A DNA stretch of 64,000 nucleotides from Eledone cirrhosa. Lineage: Eukaryota. The stretch's first letter is position 1; each line of letters starts with the position of its first letter. The notes under the pieces are model-generated. The model did no database searches and was not told the DNA's origin. It saw only the letters and a list, made by a program, of their open reading frames with translations. Position numbers and translations under genes: made by a program. The stretch covers positions 405,480,001 to 405,544,000 of the forward strand of contig OZ024740.1 of the NCBI GenBank assembly GCA_964016885.1, written 5' to 3'. Below are positions 54,228 through 64,000 of this stretch, one piece after another.

Positions 54228-54395
54228 ACCATCAAGACCTCAGGTGTCCTTGAACCCTGTACTACTGAGCTCCTCTGTAAAATCGGATCAGCAGCAGCCC
54301 ATCTGAGGAAGGGACCCCGTGAGGTAGGGTTGGCTGTTGCAGCAGGTGTCACTGGCCATTGTCTGTGAAAATTCCTTTGCAGTTTTGTCTGTGGG
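54228..54395 (+). mobile_element. Degraded CRE-like 3' fragment
   Basis: IKTSGVLEP...GPRE..WLLQQVSLAIVCENSF, similar to VETSGVLGP...WLFQRVSLAVLWGNAF. Confidence 0.65.
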
Positions 54396-55150
54396 GCACA
54401 GCCCAAACACTTCCCCACCCCTGGCATAGAGCGTATCACCCCCTTCCTTTCCTCTGTGGCCTCATAGTCCCCCCCCCCCTTCCTCTCATTTATGGTATTT
54501 ATAGCCCTTTTTCCTACTTTCCTTTACAGTCAGATCTGCCTTTCTTTACCCCTTCCCCCTGTATCCATTTCTTGGTTTTGTTTTATTCTTTTTTTTCTTT
54601 TTTCTTTTTCTTTCATATTTCCATCAAAATTTGCAATGCTATTTACTGCGAATTGATTTATTGTCTGTAATTCTATTAAATTACAAAAAATAAAAAAAAT
54701 TATAAACTTTTATATTCATTGTTCATGTATTTTATGATGTAAACATTTTCAGCACATTCTTTGTGAGCTTGTTACTAACACAATTCTCTTTACAATGAAA
54801 TTATGTCAGTGACCAGGTCACAAATCTAACAAAAGTTTTGAGACCATGAAATAAATGAAAAGTGAAAATATCAGTTTTTGTGTTTTTTGAATGACTAAAA
54901 TGATTCTTCCATGATTTAACTGCTTTAGTCTCAACATAATCACAAAGCAAGTCACTTGCCAAACAAGTACAACTCTGAACTCTGAAATTTAATCATAACC
55001 AGATTCCAAGTAATTCCATTGTAGTTTTGTTACAGAGCTACTTCCTATTTAATTCCAGTTCTGAACATGTATTCATTTAATTTTCACTGTTTCGTTTTTA
55101 TCTCTTGACCGAACCACATGACCCTGATCTTCTAAACAACATTATTATGT

Positions 55151-55221
55151 ATACTCACCTGGCATAGGGGTTAACCATGATCAGCTAGGTGGTTCCCCCA
55201 AAGTGAGGCCCTTCTGTTGCA
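55151..55221 (+). pseudogene. U1: U1 snRNA retro-pseudogene, 5' ~71 nt
   Basis: ATACTCACCTGGCATAGGGGTTAACCATGATCAGCTAGGTGGTTCCCCCAAAGTGAGGCCCTTCTGTTGCA follows the invertebrate U1 5' end (ATACTTACCTGG, stem-loop I, start of loop II TTGCA). Truncated before the Sm site. Confidence 0.88.
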
Positions 55222-55222
55222 A

Positions 55223-55440
55223 GGGCAGTGGATTGGTAGAATCGGTAGAGCGTCGGATACTCTGCTTCGCGGCATAGAGTTATGTCCCTTTAAGTTCTGA
55301 GTTCAAATCCCTCAGAGGTTAGCTTTTCTTTTCATCCTTACAGGGTCGATAAAATAGAGCACCAGTAATGTACTAGAGCTGATTTAATCGACTTTTCCCT
55401 TCCCCAAAATTGCTAGCCTTGTGCCTAAATCAGAAACCAT
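55223..55440 (+). mobile_element. Full-length SINE S1 fused to the U1 fragment
   Basis: GGGCAGTGGATTGGTAGAATCGG A-box, GAGTTCAAATCC B-box, core and tail. Confidence 0.88.
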
Positions 55441-56024
55441 TATTATGGAAGCATGATAAAAAAGAAAAAAAGCAGAGAACTTTAATGATATTTAGTTTCC
55501 ATGCCAACATGAAAAGGAAGATATCTCTGTAGTGTAGCCAGATGTGACTTGTTTCTCTTACTCCACAATAATTAAATACCCCACCCTCTGCCAATATGCC
55601 CTTTCCATTACCCTCTACATCACTATCTAACCTCCCCTTTCCCCTTCCTCATACCTCCATCCCTTGTGCAATTCATACCAATAGGGAATTATAGAACCCC
55701 CCCCCATCCCAGTATACCTTCTCACTCCTCCACTCACATCCCTGAATTTCCATCTCCTTGTCCAACCATGCCAGTATAGAAAGATAAATGCACCTCGCAA
55801 TCTACTGCCAACCATCACTCTTTAAGATCACCTCTCCCTCTCACCTCCTCCCCCAACAAACATGTGGACGCCCTTTATCCCACTGCTATCACTGCCTCCC
55901 CAGCCTGGCCAAGGACACAATAAGTGCCCTAGTGTTTAAAAATGTGAAACTGCAGACTTTTTAGTCACATGACTAATCCTGGTCCAGGTAACAGTATATG
56001 AACAGTAATATGAATTAATTAACA

Positions 56025-56230
56025 ATTTCTAAATTAGGCACATGTCAAATAATTTGGGAGAGGGAAAGTTGATTAAATCAGCCCCGTACCCACTGTTACT
56101 TTATTTTATTGACCTTGAAAGGATGAAAGGCAAATTGACCTTGGTAGAATTTAGACTCAGAACATACTGAGCTAGGACAAATACTGCTAAGCATTTATCT
56201 GGTGCTCTAATTACTGTCAATCTACTGCCC
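56025..56230 (-). mobile_element. SINE S1
   Basis: Family core on the minus strand. Confidence 0.75.
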
Positions 56231-56337
56231 TGTAATCTGAATTATTACCATTACTCATACTATTATGTAAATTAGTCAAATTAATTTTGTTGTTTCAAAG
56301 TTTTCATATACCATAAATAGCTATTAGCTACTATTTA

Positions 56338-56960
56338 AAACTGTATACAGCTATGGTACGACCACACTTGGAATTCGCATCACCAGTCTGAAACCCCTAT
56401 CTTGTTCAGAACATTGACCGCCTGGAAACTGTTCAGAGACATGCAACCAAGCGCATACCCTCCATCAGACACCTACCATACTCTGAACGCCTTGCTTCCC
56501 TGGGCATGGGTTCATTGAAGCTCCGACGTCTGGCAATGGACTTGGTAAACACCCACAAAGTTATTAACCATCTCGCCAACAACAACCCTGAGCACCTTTT
56601 TGATCTCCATGTGTCTAACACACGTGGACATGCCTACAAAATCAGAAAACAGCACAGCTCCCATGACTTTCGGAAACATTTTTTCACGCTCAGAGTTGCT
56701 GAAGCATGGAACAAACTGCCTGCGTCAGTTGTTAGCTGCCGAGACACTGCATCCTTTAAAACACTCATGCTTCCCAAAATACGCCAAAACTACACCTGAT
56801 GTCCCCCTTCCATACACATGCACACATGTGTATATCATGACTCATGCACTGTTTATTTTCCTGACGTTTGTACATTACCCTATGTACTATACATACACTG
56901 TTTGATGAGTTGTAGTGCACCTGAGCACTGTACACAATATTTCATTATTATTATTATTAT
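56338..56960 (+). mobile_element. CR1/L2-group LINE 3' end
   Basis: LYTAMVRPHLEFASPV*NPY...LETVQRHATKRIP...TRGHAYKI...AWNKLP, with (ATT)n tail. Confidence 0.9.
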
Positions 56961-57218
56961 TCCTACTGTTGACAGTGAGTAACCAATATCTTGTGAGGCT
57001 TTAATAAATGCTGAAAATTGTCAGAAGGATCTCATTTTCTGTCTACAGAGAGAAAGGACCTCTGTTTTAAGTATGTGTTTATAAAAACATATGCTAATAA
57101 ATTTACCTTACATTTCTGCTTATCCTGTCCATGTGCACTGTTTCTATTAATTAATTAAATCACATTGATAGCAATTGCATTGTTTTAGAAATTAGGAAAA
57201 CTAATTTTGTTCTATCAG

Positions 57219-57390
57219 AGTTTGCATATACTATAATTTTGCCTTATATCTCTAGTTTGCATATACTATAATTTTGCCTTATATCTCTAGTTTGCATATA
57301 CTATAATTTTGCCTTATATCTCTAGTTTGCATATACTATAATTTTGCCTTATATCTCTAGTTTGCATATACTATAATTTTGCCTTATATC
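57219..57390. repeat. 35-bp minisatellite, ~5 copies
   Basis: TTTGCATATACTATAATTTTGCCTTATATCTCTAG at 57221, 57256, 57291, 57326 and 57361 (last copy partial). Confidence 0.97.
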
Positions 57391-58593
57391 AGTAATAGAC
57401 TGTCAATGTTCAGTGCTTCTACACCATGTATTGAGTACTATCTTCCTCTATCATTTTGAAATTATCATTTGTGTGTATATATATATATATGTGTATACAT
57501 AGATATATATATACATAACCCATGCTAGCGTGGAAAATTGACATTAAACAATGATGATGATGGTGATGATTAGAAATCAGAAGTAGAATTTGAAAATTGA
57601 ATTGAATTAGTAACTTTGCCATATTTCTTTAGTACAAAAAATAGTCTAATAATAACAGACCTTATAATCTCCTAGAAAAGGTTTTTAAAATGAGCATTAG
57701 CATGCGTGAGAATCAATTCCAATGCACACTAATGCGCATTGTAATATTCCAAAATTTCTTTCGCTGTTTACTTGAGACCATTTTTCAAATGGTGACAGTG
57801 ATAATATATTATGATTGTAGATGTTTCTGACAGTCTCTTCAATGTGAAATTCCAGCTGACATTAAACTTCATTCCATTAAGAAACCTTACTATCACATCA
57901 TCATCATATAGCGAATTTATATGTCAAATTTCACATCCCTCTAAATTATCCTGTGTTTATGAGAGTTTAATTTAAAATACAAATACCCACTAAGCAACAA
58001 CAGGTGTTGTAAGGCCATTTCCCTTGCTAAAGCAGGGGTTAATCATGCAACACTTATGACAGGCTTCATACCAGAGCTGGATCAACTAACTATTAAGCAA
58101 AATAAGCAGTGCCGAATTTACCATTGTGCTTAGGTACAAAAATTTTTGTAATGAATTTTTCAAATGTTTGGGGCTTCATAACATAGCACAGGGCATCATT
58201 TGTTCTAAATCCAGCACTGAAAATATGCTTAGAGCAACAAGGGAAGAGGGGTACCATTTTATTCAAATTACATATATTTGTCATTCCCCTAACCTTAACC
58301 CTAACCCTTTATATATGGTGAGGGGCATCATAGCCTTTTAAGTGCTTTGGACTTCAAAAGGACTTTATCTGGCCCTGCTTTATACTCATTATGGGATCCT
58401 TTCTGAGGCAAATTCTTATGGCTAGGTGGCCTTCCTAGTAACAACCCTTTTAGTCACTTCTTGTAACATGCAAGGATAGAGTGTGCATATCCACAAAGGC
58501 ATGAGAAAAATAGTTTACAAATTAGATTTTAGAAAAATAAAATGGCATTTTCCAGTTTTGCATGAGAGTATATTATTTATCATATTTCTATTC

Positions 58594-60630
58594 ATCAATC
58601 ATCATCATCATCAACGTTTAACGTCCGTGTTCCACGCTTGCATGGGTTTGGACGGGGGTATTCCCACTTGAGGCAAGAGTGATTGTCTTGCTCGCATAGG
58701 ACTGTCTGGCAGGTTTTCTACAGTTGGATGCCCTTCCTAACACCAACCACATTTACAGTGTGGGTCTGGGAGGTTTTTACCGTGTTGCCTACACGGCCAC
58801 ATTACAGCGTGGACTGTCTGGCAGGTTTTCTACAGTTGGATGCCCTTCCTAACACCAACCACATTTACAGTGTGGGTCTGGGAGGTTTTTACCGTGTTGC
58901 CTACACGGCCACATTACAGCGTGGACTGTGTGTTTTTTTGTCGTGACACCTACATGATCTCATTTGTTTCGGCCTAGATGTTGTGGCACCAACATAACTT
59001 TACATAGGAGGGGGTGGTGTGGATGGGGTGTGGGTGGTGGGACGGGGGTGTATTTTGTTAGAGATGCCTACTGGCTGTAGTAGGTTTTACTATGTATTTA
59101 GGTAAGGCGGGTCTTCTCTATTACTGAGTACCGCCAAAGGTCTCGGTCCAGTGACATTGTCTTGGAGAGGTGTAAGTGTGTGAGGTCGGAGTTTATCAGC
59201 TCGTCCCAGGATTTTCTAGGTCTGCCTATTCCGTGGCTACCGTCTATCTTTATTGCCCTGCACTTTGTTATACAGCTATCGACTTTCATGCACATCACGT
59301 GTCCGTACCAATGTAGCCTTCTCTCGAGTAAACAACATCTGATCCCTCTTATTTCTAATTTTTTCCTTAGTTCGTTTATGCTTTGCCGTTCACGTATATT
59401 ACTATTACACATCCAGCGGAGCATGCAAGCTTCGTTCCTCTCTAGTCTGCGTATATCCTCTGCGCACAATGCCCAGGTCTCACTGCCATGCAACATTGCT
59501 GTTCGTATGCAGGCATCATACAACCTGCCTTTCATTTTTAGGGAGAACCCTTTAGCGGCTAATAGTGGTATAAGCTCTCTGAACTTTTTCCATCCAGTTC
59601 TGACTCTAGCTACTGTACTTTCGGAGCACCCTCCCCCACTGCTGATTTTGTCACCCAGGTAACGGAAGCTGTCCACTATTTCTATAGAGCCCTCTGCGCA
59701 ATTGAAAGAGTTAGTATTTTGTGGGCACTCGCTGCTACTTATTGCACCAGAGCACCGCCCACATGTAAAATCTAAGTTCTTAGTTAGCTTACCTGTGATC
59801 CCACTACATCTTTTATGCACCCATACTTTGCATTTGGGACATAAAACCTACGCCTTTCCTACACACTGAGCATGGCCATTTCCCGGAAGGGACCGCCACC
59901 TTATTTTCTTTCCTACAAACTAGAACTTTAGTCTTAGCCAGGTTAATTTTAAGGCCTTTTGATTCTAGGCCGTGCTTCCATGTTTGGAATTTCTTCTCTA
60001 GCTCGGCCATTGATTCAGCTATGAGAGTCAGGTCGTCTGCGTATAGGAGTTCCCATGGGCAGCCGGTCTTGAACTCCTCTGTTATAGCCTGAAGGGCAAT
60101 AATAAATAGTAGAGGGCTGAGAACAGAGCCCTGATGGACGCCAACTTTTACGCTAAACTCTTCACTATATTCGTTGTTAATTCTAACCTTGCTGACTGTT
60201 TCTTTATACATGGCTTGTATAGCTCTCACAAGCCATTCGTCGACACCTAGTTTTCTAAGGGCCCACCAGATAATGGAACGGGGGACTCTGTCGAAGGCTT
60301 TCTCCAAGTCGACAAAAGCTAAGTAGAGGGGTTTACCTTTAGCTAGGTACTTCTCCTGTAGTTGACGTACAATGAAAAGAGCGTCTGTGGTACTTTTGCC
60401 TGACACAAACCCGAACTGCATTTCATCTAGGTCAATTCTCTCTCTGATTAGTTGCGCTATTACTTTTTCTGTGACCTTCATGACCTGGTCGATTAATTTA
60501 ATGCCTTTATAGTTACTCCTATCTAGGGCATCTCCTTTACCCTTGTAGCAGTTAATGATGATGCTGCTACGCCAGTCCTTCGGAACAACCCCATTCTGTA
60601 CGACTTGGTTAACTATCCGGGTGACCAAGG
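58594..60630 (-). mobile_element. 5'-truncated RTE LINE (family R1): RT, PHD-like finger, 3' UTR and (GAT)n tail
   Basis: ORFs 59813-60628 and 59098-59820: FVDLEKAFD, GVHQGSVLSPLLF, LLYADDL. One frameshift near 59843. Confidence 0.95.
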
Positions 60631-60658
60631 TGTATATATTATATTTTCAGAAAGAAAG

Positions 60659-61040
60659 GGTGGTGGATTAGCAGAATTGTTAGAGGGTTCGACAGAATGC
60701 TTTGCAACTTTCCTGAGTTCAAATCCAGCTGAGATCAACTTTGCCTTTCATCTTTCCAAGATCAATAAAATAAAGTACTAGTGAAACACTGGGATCAATT
60801 TAATCAACTTTCCTCTCCCCTAAACTTGTTAGCCTCGTGCCTAAATCATAAACCATTATTTATTTCGTGTTCCTATTATATTTTCAGAAAGAAAGTGTGC
60901 TGGGTTGGTAGAATCATTAGAGCATAAGACAGAATGTTTTGTGGCATTCACTTATGTCTCTTTATATTTTGAGTTCAAATCCCACTGAGGTCAACTTTGC
61001 TTTCCATTCCCATTTAGTGTCAATAAAATAAAGTACCAGT
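60659..61040 (+). mobile_element. Two tandem SINE S1 copies; the first is flanked by a 22-bp direct repeat
   Basis: TATTATATTTTCAGAAAGAAAG at 60637-60658 and 60874-60895. Confidence 0.8.
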
Positions 61041-61053
61041 TTATTTACCTTAA

Positions 61054-61262
61054 CCCTTTAGCATTTACATTACTCTATATTTACTATTATATTTTCATGG
61101 TAAAAGCTTTACTTCACATAATTATCTCTCATAATATCGAATCTATGAGATCGTGATATTATTTATTGCGAGAACAATACCTTAACATCAGTATGAGTGG
61201 CCAGTTATGGCTCAGAGGTGAGAGAATTCTGGATGGATATGGCTGGTTTAAATGCTGAAGGG
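61054..61262. mobile_element. piggyBac-type MITE
   Basis: TTAA|CCCTTTAGCATTTA ... TAAATGCTGAAGGG|TTAA. Confidence 0.85.
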
Positions 61263-61689
61263 TTAAATTACTGACCTAAATCAAAAGTCAACACAAATAT
61301 TTACAGAAGTAATAGAAAGAAGTCATAAGCGAGAGAGATGATATTTCTAAAATATTCATAATTATTTGTTACTCATTTAAACTGAATGAAATGATTTTAC
61401 ATTTCTACACTAATGGTTTTTGCTGTCACTGTTGTGACACCAGCAACTAATACACTTGAAGTGTTTTTATTATTATTATTATTATTTTTTATTAGAAGAT
61501 AATTTATTTACTTCCCCAGTTAGGGATATGGTAAAATTACATTGGCAGACATATTATACTTCATTTTATAAATTTACAATAGAATAACATTGCAAATATA
61601 TTTTACATAAATAACATTACAAATTCGTAAATAACATTATAAATTGCTTGCAATTCGCTCAGAAAACATTGCAAATAAACAGAACTCTC

Positions 61690-62662
61690 TGTGTTCAGAG
61701 AACGTGAGGCTGCCTGTGAGATGTGGGACTGGCTGGGACTTAGCCCAGTAGACGTCCCTCTTCCTTCTCCCCCTGTTGACGTTGAGTCCCCCAAACGCAC
61801 TTGGGATGCCATCCAGTGCAGCCTGGCCTCAGACAGGCTCACGTGCCAGCTCGACCAGCACCGCCTCGCTTGTTTTCGTGCGGCCTCCAAACCTCACAGT
61901 GGTGCCTGGCTCCATGCCCTGCCCTCCTTCTCCACTGGCACACAGCTAGACAACCATAGCCTGCGAATCGGTGTTTCCCTGAGGCTCGGCCTCCGGATCT
62001 GCCAGCCACACCAATGTCGCTGCGGTTCCACCGTGGACTCTTTCGGCCTCCACCCGCTTTCCTGTCTCCACAGTGCCGGCCACATTCCACGCCATGCTGC
62101 CCTCAACGAGGTCATTAAGCATGGCTTGGACGCTGCAGGCTTCCCTTCCTAGCTCGAGCCGGTGGGGCTGGATCGAGGGGACGGCAAAAGGTCAGATGAC
62201 ATGACCATCTTCCCGTTCCGTGGTGGCAAACCCCTCGTCTGGGATGCCACTTGCACCGACACTTTCTGCAGCCGCAACCTGGTGCAGTCTGCGACTGACC
62301 CAGGTTCTGCTGCACGTCGGGCTGAGGGGGCCAAACTCCTCAAACACCGGTTGCTCTCCGACAGGTTTGCGGTCGTTCCCCTGGCAGTGGAAACTTCTGG
62401 TGTCCTCGGCCCCAGGGCTACCTCCTTACTCACCACCATAGGCGCTGAGCTGGCCAGCCACAGGTGTGAGCCCCGCGAGTTGGAGTGGCTTTTCCAGCGC
62501 GTCTCCCTTGCCGTCCTCTGGGGAAACGCCTTCTCCATTCTGTCCGCCGGGGCTGTGGGTGGGCCCCATCACATACCAATACATTAGTTAAATACCATTC
62601 TTTCATCTGATACAACACAATAAAGACTAAAGTGTTTAAGAAAAAAAAAAAAAAAAAAAAAA
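61690..62662 (+). mobile_element. CRE-clade retrotransposon 3' region (Zn knuckle plus RLE), possibly ending in poly(A)
   Basis: [29 protein letters not shown]...RH, KR(S)D(D), WDATC, VETSG. A-run at 62641-62662. Confidence 0.88.
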
Positions 62663-62819
62663 GACTGAAAGATGTAGTTGAACTTTTTATTATAAATATA
62701 TTAAAAATATAAAAAAAAAAAATGTCTAAACTGTGTATAATAATATAAATTCATTGAATAAAACTCATAAAGGAAAAGAAAAAAAGAAAAAAAAAGGGGG
62801 AGGGGGGGGGGGGGGGGGG

Positions 62820-63020
62820 CAATTCACCGCCAAGTGCGACAATCAGCTGCACCTCACATCTTAGGGGTTAACTGTACACTTTCAGGCAAGTCAACACACT
62901 TGCAGCATTACCACGAGTGATGGTGAGGATAAGGCGCTGAAATAACCAGGCATCCTCACGGGCATCACATGACACCTCAGTAAGGTGAGCCGCCAGTGAT
63001 GACAAGAACTTTGTTGTCAG
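62820..63020 (-). mobile_element. CRE-like 3' fragment (same family as 1-272)
   Basis: Reverse-complement match to about 110-270, including TTAACCCCTAAG..GTGAGGTGC. Confidence 0.75.
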
Positions 63021-63459
63021 CGGTCCACTAATCTCAGCACAAGGCACGTGATTTGTGAAAGGAGAGGAAAGTCAATTATATCACACTCATGCCTTGACCC
63101 ATACTTTAATTTTATCAACCTCAGAAGGATAAAAGGCAAAGTTGACTTCAACAGAACTCATAATTTAAAGAGCCAGAACAAACTCAGCATTTATCTGACA
63201 CTTTAATGACTCTACCCTTATTGTTGTTATTAGCTACTTGTGAATAAATCTGTTTTTCTTTTCCAGTTACTTAATCTATATTAAAATAAGAGTGTTGTCT
63301 GTCTGTCTGTCCGTCAGGCTCACTTTATATAGTGAGGGGCAGCACCAAGCGAGAGATATATACATAGATAGAGAGAGAACAGGGAATGTCATGTGTTCTT
63401 GAGGTAGATAGACAGAAAGTTATGACGTCGCCCCCATCTAAATAGAAAGAGGGGGGGGG

Positions 63460-63597
63460 CAAATCCTGCTGAGGTCAACTTTGCCTTTCATCCTTCCAGG
63501 GTTGATAAAATAAAGTACCAGTTAAGTACTAACATTGTTGTAATTAACTTTCTCTTTTCCACAAATTGTTGGCATTGTGCCTAAATTAGAAACCATA
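63460..63597 (+). mobile_element. SINE S1 (5'-truncated)
   Basis: Family core and TAGAAACCAT tail. Confidence 0.8.
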
Positions 63598-63605
63598 TAT
63601 TTAAG

Positions 63606-63890
63606 GAACACAAGACTTTCTCTAAAGCCTCTGATAAAGCTAGGCGTGAAAGTCGGATTGCTTTCCGAACACGTCATGGTCTTCCACCTGATGTCCGCCC
63701 AAAGTTGCGTGCTGCAGCTTCCTTAAACCGCAGCTCGGCAGAACATGAAAGCTTCAGCCTACATGATGATGGGCAGATATGGAAGTTTGTTAAGGCTGGT
63801 GAAACATGGAAAAGAGATACCAGCTGGTCTGAAAACACTGTACCCACAACAACTGACAATAAAAAAACTGAAAAAACTCTGGGAAACTAA
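63606..63890 (+). other. Unassigned candidate coding segment (terminal exon or retrocopy fragment)
   Basis: 94 open codons, EHKTFSKASDKARRESRIAFRTRHGLPPDVRPKLRAAA...TLGN*, with higher GC than the flanks and a weak tttaag| acceptor. No family recognised. Confidence 0.25.
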
Positions 63891-64000
63891 ATCAAAACAA
63901 CCTGCCATCCCCTGCACATAATCATATACTGGAATCAAGGTACAAATTGTTATCCTTGAATACACGTAGTCTATGCAATAAGATTCATCGATTTTGACTC

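Noticed and set aside
55151-55221. Functional U1 snRNA gene
   Set aside because: It lacks stem-loops III/IV and the Sm site, has an altered loop I, and is fused to a SINE.
58286-58308. Telomere-like CCCTAA units (also ~5208-5226)
   Set aside because: Only 2-3 imperfect units, which is not evidence of an interstitial telomere.
63275-63320. Helitron 5' end (TCTATATTAAAA...(TGTC)n)
   Set aside because: Suggestive, but no 3' hairpin with CTAG end could be assigned.

Overview
AT-rich, intron-containing animal DNA, not prokaryotic. The SINE/LINE repertoire and microsatellite load look like a coleoid cephalopod (octopus-like); this is an inference. One host gene can be fully reconstructed on the minus strand: a six-exon, 408-aa group XV lysosomal phospholipase A2 / LCAT-family gene (15812-34224) with signal peptide, intact Ser-Asp-His triad and canonical GT-AG introns. 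Almost everything else is mobile DNA: RTE-, CR1- and CRE-type LINE fragments, a Penelope-like GIY-YIG relic, two tRNA-derived SINE families, piggyBac-type MITEs and degraded Gypsy copies. Just upstream of the gene lies a nested LTR cluster: a full-length but inactivated tRNA-Trp-primed Gypsy element A (38056-44743, splitting an RTE LINE) and two copies of a non-coding LTR family (B 35241-37339; C 42885-43606, inside A's gag). Most unusual: (1) B and C carry a 32-nt tRNA-Trp copy instead of an 18-nt PBS, with a shared mismatch exactly at tRNA position 58 (the m1A site), followed by a relic second LTR-end/PBS; (2) a U1 snRNA 5' fragment fused to a SINE inside one target-site duplication; (3) three tandem hairpins with histone stem-loop geometry; (4) a GGGAAAC slippery site plus hairpin at the gag-pol junction. 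All work was by eye. Exon, LTR and TSD coordinates were checked base by base; boundaries of degraded repeats are approximate.
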